Shown: positions 16,644-25,198 of the stretch, one piece after another | Position numbering within the stretch: the stretch's first letter is position 1 | Layout: each line of letters starts with the position of its first letter | From: a virus | Lineage: Duplodnaviria > Caudoviricetes | Direction: 5' to 3' (one strand) | Virus record (IMG/VR): IMGVR_UViG_3300044484_000042 | Coordinates: 1 to 37,895 of that record | DNA length: 37,895 nt | Program-made: the position numbers and the translations under genes | The notes under the pieces: generated by a model | Told to the model about the DNA's origin: nothing | What the model saw: the letters and a program-made list of their open reading frames with translations, nothing else | The model's database searches: none

Positions 16644-17072
16644 ATGGCCTCTGCTATTCCGCTCTCGTTCTTCAACGACGTGTTCAAGGGCAACATCGAC
16701 ATGGACACGGACACCTTCAAGCGCCTGCTGATCACCGCCGTGCCCGCGGTCGAGACCTTCAAAGACTCGTGGGCCAAGCGCTCCGACGTGACCAACGAGC
16801 ACGGCGCCACCGGCAACTACGCCACCGGCGGGACCTCGATGACGGTCACCGTGCCGGCGATCGACACGACCAACAACCGACAGGAGATCACGCTCGGCTC
16901 CTCCACCTGGGCGTCGTCCACGATCACCGCCGCGGGGTCGGTCATCTACAAGTCGCGCGGCGGGGCGGCGACCGCCGACGAGCTGGTGTTCCTCAACGAC
17001 TTTGGCGGCAACGTCTCCACCACCAACGGCACCTTCACCGCCAACGCCGACACCATCCGCATCGCCAACTAA
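16644..17072 (+). CDS. Small beta-rich virion structural protein (fibre/decoration-type)
   Basis: IDMDTDTFKRLL, NYATGG, TWASSTITAAGSVIY, DFGGNVSTTNGTFT; Thr/Gly-rich. Confidence 0.8.
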   Translation: MASAIPLSFFNDVFKGNIDMDTDTFKRLLITAVPAVETFKDSWAKRSDVTNEHGATGNYATGGTSMTVTVPAIDTTNNRQEITLGSSTWASSTITAAGSVIYKSRGGAATADELVFLNDFGGNVSTTNGTFTANADTIRIAN

Positions 17073-17088
17073 GCAGGAGCGACCGACC

Positions 17089-17331
17089 ATGAACACGGAG
17101 CAAATCAAGGCGCGCATCGACGCGCTGGTGGCCGAGAACCAGGCGCTGGGCGCGCAGATCGACGCTTTGCGCGAGCATCGGCGCGCGATCAACGCCGAGG
17201 TGGCGAAGCTGAACCAGGCGTACCGGCTCGCCGCCGCGCTGGGCCCGGAGGTGGAAGTGCCGGGGGCAACGGTGGATGTCTCCGGCGCCGAGCTGTTGGC
17301 CGCGATGTCGGCGGCGATCGCCAAGCACTAG
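17089..17331 (+). CDS. Small coiled-coil hypothetical protein (80 aa)
   Basis: AGGAG RBS; MNTEQIKARIDALVAENQALGAQIDALRE heptads. Confidence 0.75.
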   Translation: MNTEQIKARIDALVAENQALGAQIDALREHRRAINAEVAKLNQAYRLAAALGPEVEVPGATVDVSGAELLAAMSAAIAKH

Positions 17332-17349
17332 CCGCCCGAGCCATGCGCG

Positions 17350-18504
17350 ATGACGCTGCTCGACACCTGCACCGCCGGGCTCATGGACCGGCGGGTGCTC
17401 GCGTTCCTGCGCGTCATCCGCGAGGGGGAGACGAATCAGACGGACGCCGCCTACCGGATGATGTTCGGCGGCGAGCTGTTCGACGCCCCGCCGTGGCAGC
17501 ACCCGCGGCGCGACAACTCGACCAACGGCCTGCACAGCACGGCGGCCGGCGCCTACCAGTTCATCGTCGGGACCTGGGACGAGTGCGCGAGCTCGCTCGG
17601 CCTGACCGACTTCTCGCCGCGCTCGCAGAACCTCGCCGCGGTGTACCTGATCAATCGCCGCGGCGCGCTCGAGGACGTGATCGCGGGCCGGCTCGACGAG
17701 GCGATCCGCAAGTGCAACCGCGAGTGGGCGTCGCTGCCCGGCTCGCCCTACGGCCAGCCGACGCTGACGCTCGAGCGCTGCCATGCGGTGTGGGACGAGT
17801 ACCTCGCGCGCGATGAGCCCGCGTACACCCAGCCGGCGGCCCCGATCGAGGAGCGCGGCGTGCCGTACAACCCGGAACAGGAGGCTCCCGTGCCGCTGCC
17901 TGCGATAGCGCTGCTGTCGGCATTCGCGCCGGTGTTGAAGGAATTGATCCCGCAGATCGCGGCGCTGTTCGACCCGGCGAAGAAGGTCGCCGAGCGCAAC
18001 GTGGGCATCGCGCAGGTGGTGCTCGACACGATCACCAAGGCGTCGGGCCAGCCGACCCTCGAAGGCGCGGTCGCCGCCATGCAGGCGGACCCGGAGGTGA
18101 AGCAGGCAGTGCAGAAGGCCGTGGTCACGGAGCCGCGCATCATGGAGATCATGGAGATTGGCGGTGGGATCGCGAAGGCCCGCGAATACGACCTCGCGCA
18201 GCAGCAGAACCAGCAGCCGTTCTGGCGGGCGAGCGCGGTGTTCTGGATCAGCGTGATCCTGCTGCCGCTCGTGTACTGGCTGGTGGGCTCGCTGATCGTC
18301 GGAGGGATCGAGCTTCCGGCCGACTGGCCGTGGTACGCGCAGGCGCCGTTCAAGTTGTTCGGCGGAATCTGGAACGGCGAATCCCGCTCGGGTGGCTTCA
18401 ACCTCGTGATCGGCCTCGTGCTCGGTGGCATCTGCGGGGTCTACTACGGCGTGAGTGTGACGCAGGGCCGCAGCAGCGGCTCGAATACGGAGCGGCAGCC
18501 GTGA
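17350..18504 (+). CDS. Lambda R-like (GH104) endolysin fused to a C-terminal holin-like membrane domain
   Basis: AFLRVIREGE, HPR, STAAGAYQF, DFSPRSQ, EWASLPGSPYGQ; C-terminal hydrophobic helices FWISVILLPLVYWLV and FNLVIGLVLGGICGVYYGVS. Confidence 0.88.
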   Translation: MTLLDTCTAGLMDRRVLAFLRVIREGETNQTDAAYRMMFGGELFDAPPWQHPRRDNSTNGLHSTAAGAYQFIVGTWDECASSLGLTDFSPRSQNLAAVYLINRRGALEDVIAGRLDEAIRKCNREWASLPGSPYGQPTLTLERCHAVWDEYLARDEPAYTQPAAPIEERGVPYNPEQEAPVPLPAIALLSAFAPVLKELIPQIAALFDPAKKVAERNVGIAQVVLDTITKASGQPTLEGAVAAMQADPEVKQAVQKAVVTEPRIMEIMEIGGGIAKAREYDLAQQQNQQPFWRASAVFWISVILLPLVYWLVGSLIVGGIELPADWPWYAQAPFKLFGGIWNGESRSGGFNLVIGLVLGGICGVYYGVSVTQGRSSGSNTERQP

Positions 18505-18911
18505 TGGTGATGGGCAAGGACCTGCCGCTGCCGGAGTCGCCGCAGGCGAAGTTCTGGACGTGGATCGTCGGCATCGCGGTGGGCTCGGTCGCGCTGCTGC
18601 TGTTCGCCGACGCGCGGTGGATGGCGCGGGCCGAGGCGCAGGAGAAGCTCGCGCTCGAGGCGAAGGAACGCAGCGAGCAGATCGCGCAGCTCAACACGGC
18701 GCAGCAACGCCAACTGGAAACGCTGCAGATGCAGATCGAGTATTCGGCGGACCAGAACGCGAAGCGGCAGATCGACGCCAAGCTGTTCGAGCTGGAGCAG
18801 ATACCGCCGCAGCAGTTGCGCCCGCAAGACCGGGCGCTGTACAGCAAGCTGCTGCGCGATCGCGCCGAGCTCGTGAGCCTGTGGAACCGGCGCGGCCGGC
18901 CACTTCGATAG
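18504..18911 (+). CDS. Single-pass membrane protein with coiled coil (lysis-associated, i-spanin-like topology)
   Basis: TGATG coupling; FWTWIVGIAVGSVALLLF then Q/E/L-rich helices. Confidence 0.72.
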   Translation: MVMGKDLPLPESPQAKFWTWIVGIAVGSVALLLFADARWMARAEAQEKLALEAKERSEQIAQLNTAQQRQLETLQMQIEYSADQNAKRQIDAKLFELEQIPPQQLRPQDRALYSKLLRDRAELVSLWNRRGRPLR

Positions 18912-18920
18912 GAGAGAAAT

Positions 18921-19259
18921 ATGGCACAAGACGCGCAGGGATTCGTGCTCAAGGGCGATAGCCCGTACATCGGCAACTTCAACCACCTCATGCAGACGAG
19001 CGGTCCGGCATCTGCCTTCGGCTACCTGTTCCGGTACGCGATCCGGGGCAGCAGCGGCGACCAGAAGGCCGACCCCGGCTTCAACAACATCAATTGGCGA
19101 GAGCAGATGTCCGCGTACTTCGGCGCCGACGAGACGAAGCGAATCATCAACAAGTATGCCGCGAGCGCGGAGAGCGCGCTCTGGCGCGGCGAGGTACCGA
19201 ATGCGACGCCGGCGGCACCCAAGCGCACCGGCGGGCGTACGAAGTTCGGTCGCGGCTGA
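18921..19259 (+). CDS. Hypothetical protein (112 aa)
   Basis: AGGAG RBS, phage-like codon usage. Confidence 0.78.
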   Translation: MAQDAQGFVLKGDSPYIGNFNHLMQTSGPASAFGYLFRYAIRGSSGDQKADPGFNNINWREQMSAYFGADETKRIINKYAASAESALWRGEVPNATPAAPKRTGGRTKFGRG

Positions 19260-19267
19260 GCGGAATC

Positions 19268-19552
19268 ATGGATTCGCACGGCCTGTCGCCGCTGGACGCG
19301 ACGACCGCTTCGCGCCTGGATCGCATCGAGTACGACGTGCACAAGCTCACGAACTTCCTGGACGAGGCGCGGCCGTGGCTGGATGAATGGGTCGGGCGCA
19401 ACGGCAACCGCGGGCTGCGCGTCCAAGTCATAGAGGCGCTCGACGAGCGGCGCGCGGCGAAGGTCGGCGGCGCCTTCGCCAAGTGGATGATCGGGCTCGG
19501 CTCCGGGCTGCTCGGGTTGTGGGCCGTGTTGCATGAAATCTTCAAGCGCTGA
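19268..19552 (+). CDS. Small protein with C-terminal transmembrane helix (holin/XhlA-like topology)
   Basis: MDSHGLSPLD...RLDRIE...AFAKWMIGLGSGLLGLWAVLHEIFKR. Confidence 0.7.
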   Translation: MDSHGLSPLDATTASRLDRIEYDVHKLTNFLDEARPWLDEWVGRNGNRGLRVQVIEALDERRAAKVGGAFAKWMIGLGSGLLGLWAVLHEIFKR

Positions 19553-19558
19553 GATGTG

Positions 19559-19873
19559 ATGGACCTGCACGTCTACTTTCACAACGTACCCGATCTGGGG
19601 TTGCTCGCTCGCCTGGACCAGATCGACGCCAAGCTGGCGAGCATCCAAACGCAAGGAGCACAAGCAATGGCTGACCTCACCGCACTGACCGCCGAAGTCG
19701 AACGCAACACCGCCGTTGATCAATCCGCGATCGCCCTGCTGACCGGGCTCGCGGCGCAGATCGAGGCGCTCAAGACCGACCCTGCCGCGCTGCAAACGCT
19801 GGCCGACCAGCTCAAGGGCTCGTCGGATGCGCTGGCCGCCGCCGTGGTCGCCAACACGCCGGCGCAGCCCTGA
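19559..19873 (+). CDS. Helical hypothetical phage protein with possible internal start (MADLTALTAEV at 19667)
   Basis: MDLHVYFH...LAAAVVANTP; AAGGAG precedes the internal ATG. Confidence 0.75.
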   Translation: MDLHVYFHNVPDLGLLARLDQIDAKLASIQTQGAQAMADLTALTAEVERNTAVDQSAIALLTGLAAQIEALKTDPAALQTLADQLKGSSDALAAAVVANTPAQP

Positions 19874-19879
19874 CCGAAT

Positions 19880-20125
19880 GTGGCGCGGCATCGCCGGTCC
19901 AACTGCCTCCTCGTCGCCCTGTGGCTCTGGTGGCGGCGGGGTGGCTACCTGGCGATCCGCCGCTCGCATCACTACCCGGGCTGGCATTGGCTGTGGACGC
20001 CGGACATCGGGCGCAACTGCCTGCACTGGCAGCCGCCGACCGGAACGCCGGTGCCGAAGCTGGCCCGCGTGTTCTTCTGGAAACTGTGGTTCAAAGGACG
20101 ACTGAAACGAGGAGATTCGCAATGA
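19880..20125 (+). CDS. Trp/His/Arg-rich hypothetical protein (81 aa)
   Basis: SNCLLVALWLWWRRGGYLAIRRSHH..WHWLW; ATGA overlap with the next gene. Confidence 0.68.
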   Translation: MARHRRSNCLLVALWLWWRRGGYLAIRRSHHYPGWHWLWTPDIGRNCLHWQPPTGTPVPKLARVFFWKLWFKGRLKRGDSQ

Positions 20126-20604
20126 GGCAAATTCTGTTGGCGTTGTGCGGGGTGGTATTCGCAAGCGTGGTTCAGGCGGCGTGCGTAGTGACGGGCTCGG
20201 CGCAGTTCGTGGACGGCAGCGATCCGCATTGCTGGCCGGCGCTGAACAAGGACAAGTGCCAGCACTACATGGCCGGCGAGGGCACGACGGTCGGCGCGGT
20301 GCAGGTGGACGTGGACGACGCGAAGAAGTTCGGGAAGCAGACGATGAACTTCGCCAGTCAACGCGCGTGCGAGGGCAAGCCTAATTGCGGTCCGTACGTC
20401 GGCGAATTCAAGTCGCAGGCGGTCTGCGACGGCAAGCCAGTGCAAGACATGCCGGGGGGCGAGTACCGGGGGCTCACCGCTGAGAAGGCGCGGCAGATTC
20501 TCGAATACAACAACCGCCAGCTCGAAAAGATGGCGGAGAGCGGCGAGGCTCGCGGCAAGAAGCCGAACGCGAAGGGCAAGGGCAAGCTCTGGGGCAACGA
20601 CTGA
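20122..20604 (+). CDS. Secreted/periplasmic Cys-rich protein (160 aa)
   Basis: GAGGAG RBS; signal peptide MRQILLALCGVVFASVVQA; six Cys in the mature part. Confidence 0.78.
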   Translation: MRQILLALCGVVFASVVQAACVVTGSAQFVDGSDPHCWPALNKDKCQHYMAGEGTTVGAVQVDVDDAKKFGKQTMNFASQRACEGKPNCGPYVGEFKSQAVCDGKPVQDMPGGEYRGLTAEKARQILEYNNRQLEKMAESGEARGKKPNAKGKGKLWGND

Positions 20605-20704
20605 CGACCGTGACGGGGCCCAGTCGTGGGCGGCAAGCAGCTACGTGACGAGCCCAGCGGCCCGAACCGATAGCGGCCCCAACTTCTGACTGAAAGGCGC
20701 GCAC

Positions 20705-21202
20705 ATGGCAACGAACACTCTATCCGAAACGCAGATCGCCACGCTCAAGGCCTTCGTCGCGGCGAGCGCCGATGCCGAGATCGTGGACGCGCGTCTTCGG
20801 GGCGACACGATCAAGCTCGCGGGGCTGCTCAATCTCGACGCCGCTGGACCCGTCAAGGCGTGGTGGACTCCAGATCCGCAGGTGATCGACGAGGCTACGC
20901 CGTGGGCGAACTTCGACAACATCACGCAAGCGGGGAAGCGTGACTCCTACCTGCACGCCTTCTTTCGCTATCCGCGCGACTTCTCCAAAGGGGCCGTGCG
21001 CAAGTGGGTGACGGACGTGTGGGGCAACGCAACTGCGGGCAGCGACGCGGCGACTATCCTGCTCGCTGGGCAGGAGAATGCGAGCGTCGCCGAGAACGTG
21101 ATCGGTGGTACGGTCAGGACCACCAATAGCGTGAGCGGGTTGGACCGCAGCTTTGTTGGCAACGTATCGCAGACCGACGCGCAGAAGATCCTCGCGCCGT
21201 AA
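20705..21202 (+). CDS. Hypothetical protein (165 aa), first gene of fibre-like cassette
   Basis: Clean ORF, AAAGG RBS, phage-like codon usage. Confidence 0.8.
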   Translation: MATNTLSETQIATLKAFVAASADAEIVDARLRGDTIKLAGLLNLDAAGPVKAWWTPDPQVIDEATPWANFDNITQAGKRDSYLHAFFRYPRDFSKGAVRKWVTDVWGNATAGSDAATILLAGQENASVAENVIGGTVRTTNSVSGLDRSFVGNVSQTDAQKILAP

Positions 21203-21212
21203 GGGGTAGATC

Positions 21213-21668
21213 ATGGCGGGCAACAACCTCTGGCTGACTTACCCGGCGGCGATCAGCAACAAGCTGACGACGGAGCTGAACTCGCTCGCCGACGGGAGCG
21301 TGACGGCGCTCTCGTCCGAAATCGACAACATCAGCAATCAGCACATGTTCGCGGATTTTCAGGTCGATCTCGCCTCGCTGACAATCAGTAGCACAAGCGC
21401 CTTCCTGACGCTGTTCATCGTGCCGACGGTGGACGGGACGAACTACCCCGACTGGACCAGCGGCGCGGAAGGCAACTATCACTCGCAATACAAGGCGGAG
21501 ATCATTCTGGTGAAAAACGTCAGCGCCACCACGGCGCGGGCGGACTGTCGTGAGGTGTCTATTCCCCCTGGGAAGTTCAAGGTGGCACTGCGTAACGGCA
21601 CCGGGGCCTCGCTCGCGTCTAGCGGCAACACGCTCGGGATGCGCTCGTACAGCCAGAGCTACACCTAA
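21213..21668 (+). CDS. Beta-sandwich-like virion protein (151 aa)
   Basis: LNSLADG..SSEIDN..FADFQVDLAS..VDGTNYPD..FKVALRNGTGASLASSGNTL. Confidence 0.8.
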   Translation: MAGNNLWLTYPAAISNKLTTELNSLADGSVTALSSEIDNISNQHMFADFQVDLASLTISSTSAFLTLFIVPTVDGTNYPDWTSGAEGNYHSQYKAEIILVKNVSATTARADCREVSIPPGKFKVALRNGTGASLASSGNTLGMRSYSQSYT

Positions 21669-21671
21669 GTC

Positions 21672-23042
21672 ATGCTGCGGAACGGCCTTCCGCGCATCTG
21701 GCGGCAGCAACCGGCGCGATTCCTGCGCGTCGCGCCGCGCTTCCTGCCGTACGTCGATTTCGCGCAGAACCTGTGGGAGCCGCCGGAGATCGCCGGCTTC
21801 ACCAAGACCGGCACCATTGATCGCACGGCAAGCGTAGGCGGGATCGGGTACAAGGGGGATGGGAGCACCGGGTACTACTCGCGCACGGTCAGTGTTACCG
21901 CAAATCAATCCCACTGGATATTAGTATCGTTTGTACACGGTAGCACGGTATCGACAACTAACAAGCAAATTTTCACAATATCCGATTCTGCTCAAGCGGC
22001 AAGCACATCGGCCTACATAGGGCTCTACTCGGGATCTTCGGGGCTTTCTTCATCGCTGCTTGACGCTCGTTATCGTGGGATAACGAGCGGGGTCGTGATG
22101 GAAATTCTAGGCCCGCTGCCGGTTGATGGTGGGGTGTATAACTGCCTCTTCTATGTAGTGGATGGAACAGAAACATCGAATACGTTTTTTGTTAATGGAG
22201 TTGCCTATACTGATTCTGGAGCGAGTTTTACTCCCTCTGCCACATACAACACAGAGTCATTTGGTGCTCGCGTCTCGACAACCATTGTCAATTATGGGAC
22301 GCAGAATGTACTAATGGCTGCACGCGGGCATGGGAAATTACCACCGCTCGCTCTCGCCCGGGATCTGTCGATCAACCCGTGGCAACTGTGGGAAGACGAG
22401 CGGCGGTACTGGGCGTTCGGAGTCACGGCGGGGGGAACAGACGCCACCGCCACGGGCGCGACCGTCACCGCAACCGCGAGCGCAGCGGTCAGCGGCCAGG
22501 CGACCGCCTCGTCGCAGACGGCCGCCGCAACGGTAACGGCCACCAGCTCGGCCATCGCCGGGACGCCGACCGCTGCCTCGGCGGCAACCGGTGTCACGGT
22601 GACGGCAACCGCGAGCTGGGTGCGCGGCAACGCAGGCCCGGCGCAGTTCATGCGGCCGATCGCCGACATCGCCGCCAACGGCTGGCAGGCCTCGACCGGC
22701 TCCGACCTGTACGCGATGCTCGACGAGTCGCCGATGGACTCCGGCGACTACATCTTCAGCCCCGACAATCCGACCACGCAGGCGTTCGAGGTGAAGCTCG
22801 GATCGAGCGACGATCCGCAGATCACCGACGGACACACGCTGCGCATCGGCCTGCAGGCGATCAACCAGGACACGAACTTCGACCTCTACCTGGTGCAGGG
22901 CACAAGCGTGCTCGACGCCTGGACCGAGAGCGTCACCGTCACGGCGGGCGTGGTCACGCGGGCGCGCGCGTTCGCTCCTGCCGTGATCGCCAGCATCACC
23001 AATCGCGCCGACGTGCGCATTCGCGGCGTTGCGCGGGCGTAG
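21672..23042 (+). CDS. Modular fibre/adhesin-like protein: LamG/ConA-like domain, three Ala/Thr repeats, C-terminal beta-domain
   Basis: GYKGDGSTGY..FFVNGV..NPWQLW lectin-like segment; GATVTATAS repeats; AQFMRPIAD..LYAMLDE..DYIFS..ITNRADVRIR. Confidence 0.78.
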   Translation: MLRNGLPRIWRQQPARFLRVAPRFLPYVDFAQNLWEPPEIAGFTKTGTIDRTASVGGIGYKGDGSTGYYSRTVSVTANQSHWILVSFVHGSTVSTTNKQIFTISDSAQAASTSAYIGLYSGSSGLSSSLLDARYRGITSGVVMEILGPLPVDGGVYNCLFYVVDGTETSNTFFVNGVAYTDSGASFTPSATYNTESFGARVSTTIVNYGTQNVLMAARGHGKLPPLALARDLSINPWQLWEDERRYWAFGVTAGGTDATATGATVTATASAAVSGQATASSQTAAATVTATSSAIAGTPTAASAATGVTVTATASWVRGNAGPAQFMRPIADIAANGWQASTGSDLYAMLDESPMDSGDYIFSPDNPTTQAFEVKLGSSDDPQITDGHTLRIGLQAINQDTNFDLYLVQGTSVLDAWTESVTVTAGVVTRARAFAPAVIASITNRADVRIRGVARA

Positions 23043-23045
23043 CGC

Positions 23046-24896
23046 ATGGCGCTGACCTTCACCTATCGCTCGGGCGTCTGGTCGACGACCGGGGCGACGA
23101 GCTATACCTGCTCGCCGACCTGGACGCCGGCCGCGAATTCACTGCTGGTCGCCTTCGTCGTCGGCTCGCTCGCCTCCTCGCCGGACGATCCTACCAGCGG
23201 CGTCACCGGCCACGGCGTTACCTACACGAAACTGACGCTGTCGAACAACGCGCTGTCCACCACGCACGCCATGTCGGTGTGGGTGGCGGATGCCGGGGCA
23301 AGCCCGACTTCGACGGCCTGCGTTGCCGCGTGGAGCGCGACCAATCGCACCGGCTGCGCGGTCATCGAATTCGAAGTGCCCGGGGCCGACCTGAGCGGCG
23401 GCGCGACGGCCGCCATCGTCCAGAACCCGACGACAAACGGGACAAGTAACAACGTCACCGCGACCAACCTGCTCGCCGCTGCCGGGTCTGCGATCAACCT
23501 GGCGATGGCATGGTGGGTGCATCTCGCCAACGAGGCGACGACGGCGGGCGGTGGCAACTGGTCGGAGCCCTCGGGCGCGGACGGCAACTTCAACAATCCC
23601 GCGACCGGCTCCGAGGTGCAGATCACCGCGAGCACCTACGACCGCAGCCCGGCCGCGTCGTGGACCACGTCGTCTGCCTACCGTGTTGTCGCGCTGGAGA
23701 TCAAGGCGCTGGGCAATGCGACAGCGACCGGCGCCACCATAACAGCCACCGCCTCGGCGGCCGTGAGCGGACAGGCGACGGCGAGCTCGCAGACCACGGC
23801 CGCGACGGTAACGGCGACGGCCAGCGCGATCGCGGGCAGCGAGACGGCGGACTACACGGCCGCCGGTAACACGCAGACCGCTACGGCTTCCGTCGTTGCG
23901 GGTAGTGCGGCCGCGGATTCCGCTGCCCTCGGGGCGCTCGTCGCCGCCACCGCGTCGGCGCTCGCCGGCACGGAAGATGTCACCACGCCAGCGGCCACCG
24001 TTACCGCCGCGGCCTCGGCCATTCCCGGCACGGCAGAGGGCGGCAGCGGAGCCCGCGTCGGGCGCGTGCTGTGGATCGAGCTCGAGGCGCCGCCCTCTGC
24101 TGGCGGCAGCGCGTCGGCAGCCGGCGCGACCGTCACGGCGACGGCTTCCGCGGTCGCAGGCGCGGCGCAGGCAGACTCGACGGCTCCAGGTAGCACCATC
24201 GCCGCTACCGCGTCCCCAATCGCCGGGAATGCGGCCGCGCAGAGCGCTGCCAGTGGGGTCACGGTCACCGCCACGGCCAGCGCGATTCCCGGAGAGGCTA
24301 CCGCCGGGCAGACGGCCGCCGGGCAGACCGTTACCGCCACCGCAAGTGCGCTTGCCGGCGCCGCGGCCAGCGACTCGGCAACGACTGGCGCCACGATCAC
24401 GGCCACTGCAAGCGCCATCCCCGGCAACGCCACCGGCGGCAGCGCGGGGACCGCCAACGGAGCGACCGTCGAAGCCATCGCGAGTGCGATGAACGGCAAC
24501 GCGATCGCGAACAGTCAGACCACGGCCGGCACCGTCACGGCAACGGCCTCGGCCATTCCCGGCACGGCAGAGGGGGCCACCAGCGGGACGGCGGCGGGCG
24601 CCACCGTGAGCGCGACGAGCTCGCCGATCGCCGGCAGCGTCACCGCCAGCAGCTCGAGCGCCGGGGCCATCTGCACCGCCGCGGCAGAATTCATCGCCGG
24701 CGCACTCGCCGCCTCCGCCCAGGCGCAGGCTGCGATCGTGATCGCGACCGCGGCGGCGATCGGCGGCAGCGTTATTACCGTACTCCCCGAGTCCGATCCG
24801 CGCTTCGTGAAGATAGCCGGAACGGACGATCGAACGGCAACCAAGGAGCTCGCCACCATCGGCGGGCGCGCACGCGACTACAAGGCGAAGCTATGA
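23046..24896 (+). CDS. Fibre-like protein: N-terminal beta-domain plus ~15 Ala/Thr-rich ~22-aa repeats
   Basis: TPAANSLLVAFV N-terminal domain; repeated G[AV]TVTATASAI[AP]G motif. Confidence 0.82.
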   Translation: MALTFTYRSGVWSTTGATSYTCSPTWTPAANSLLVAFVVGSLASSPDDPTSGVTGHGVTYTKLTLSNNALSTTHAMSVWVADAGASPTSTACVAAWSATNRTGCAVIEFEVPGADLSGGATAAIVQNPTTNGTSNNVTATNLLAAAGSAINLAMAWWVHLANEATTAGGGNWSEPSGADGNFNNPATGSEVQITASTYDRSPAASWTTSSAYRVVALEIKALGNATATGATITATASAAVSGQATASSQTTAATVTATASAIAGSETADYTAAGNTQTATASVVAGSAAADSAALGALVAATASALAGTEDVTTPAATVTAAASAIPGTAEGGSGARVGRVLWIELEAPPSAGGSASAAGATVTATASAVAGAAQADSTAPGSTIAATASPIAGNAAAQSAASGVTVTATASAIPGEATAGQTAAGQTVTATASALAGAAASDSATTGATITATASAIPGNATGGSAGTANGATVEAIASAMNGNAIANSQTTAGTVTATASAIPGTAEGATSGTAAGATVSATSSPIAGSVTASSSSAGAICTAAAEFIAGALAASAQAQAAIVIATAAAIGGSVITVLPESDPRFVKIAGTDDRTATKELATIGGRARDYKAKL

Positions 24897-25198
24897 CCAC
24901 CAAGGTAAGCACGTTCAAGGCCCCGACCGAGAAAGTCCCGGTCACGTTCGACTTCTCGCGCGTGCTCGGCGGCGCGGCGATCTCCGGCACGCCGACCTGT
25001 GCGGTCGCGGTCGATGCCGGTGGCGCGACCGATGCGGCCGACATCCTTGACGGGGCCACGTCGAACGCCAACGGTGTCGTGCTGCAGCCGGTCAAGGCAG
25101 GAACGGCGGGGGCGGATTACCGGGTCACCTGCACCGCGCTCACCAACGATGGGCGCACCCTGGTCGAGGCGATCATTCTGCCGGTGCGCAATGCCTGA
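24893..25198 (+). CDS. Small Ig-like fibre adaptor-type structural protein (101 aa)
   Basis: FKAPTEKVPVTFDF...AGTAGADYRVTCTALTNDGRTL; ATGA-coupled. Confidence 0.8.
   Translation: MTTKVSTFKAPTEKVPVTFDFSRVLGGAAISGTPTCAVAVDAGGATDAADILDGATSNANGVVLQPVKAGTAGADYRVTCTALTNDGRTLVEAIILPVRNA

Noticed and set aside
20605-20704. Possible structured RNA in the 100-bp intergenic gap
   Set aside because: Only short GC stems, expected by chance at this GC content; no recognisable RNA family
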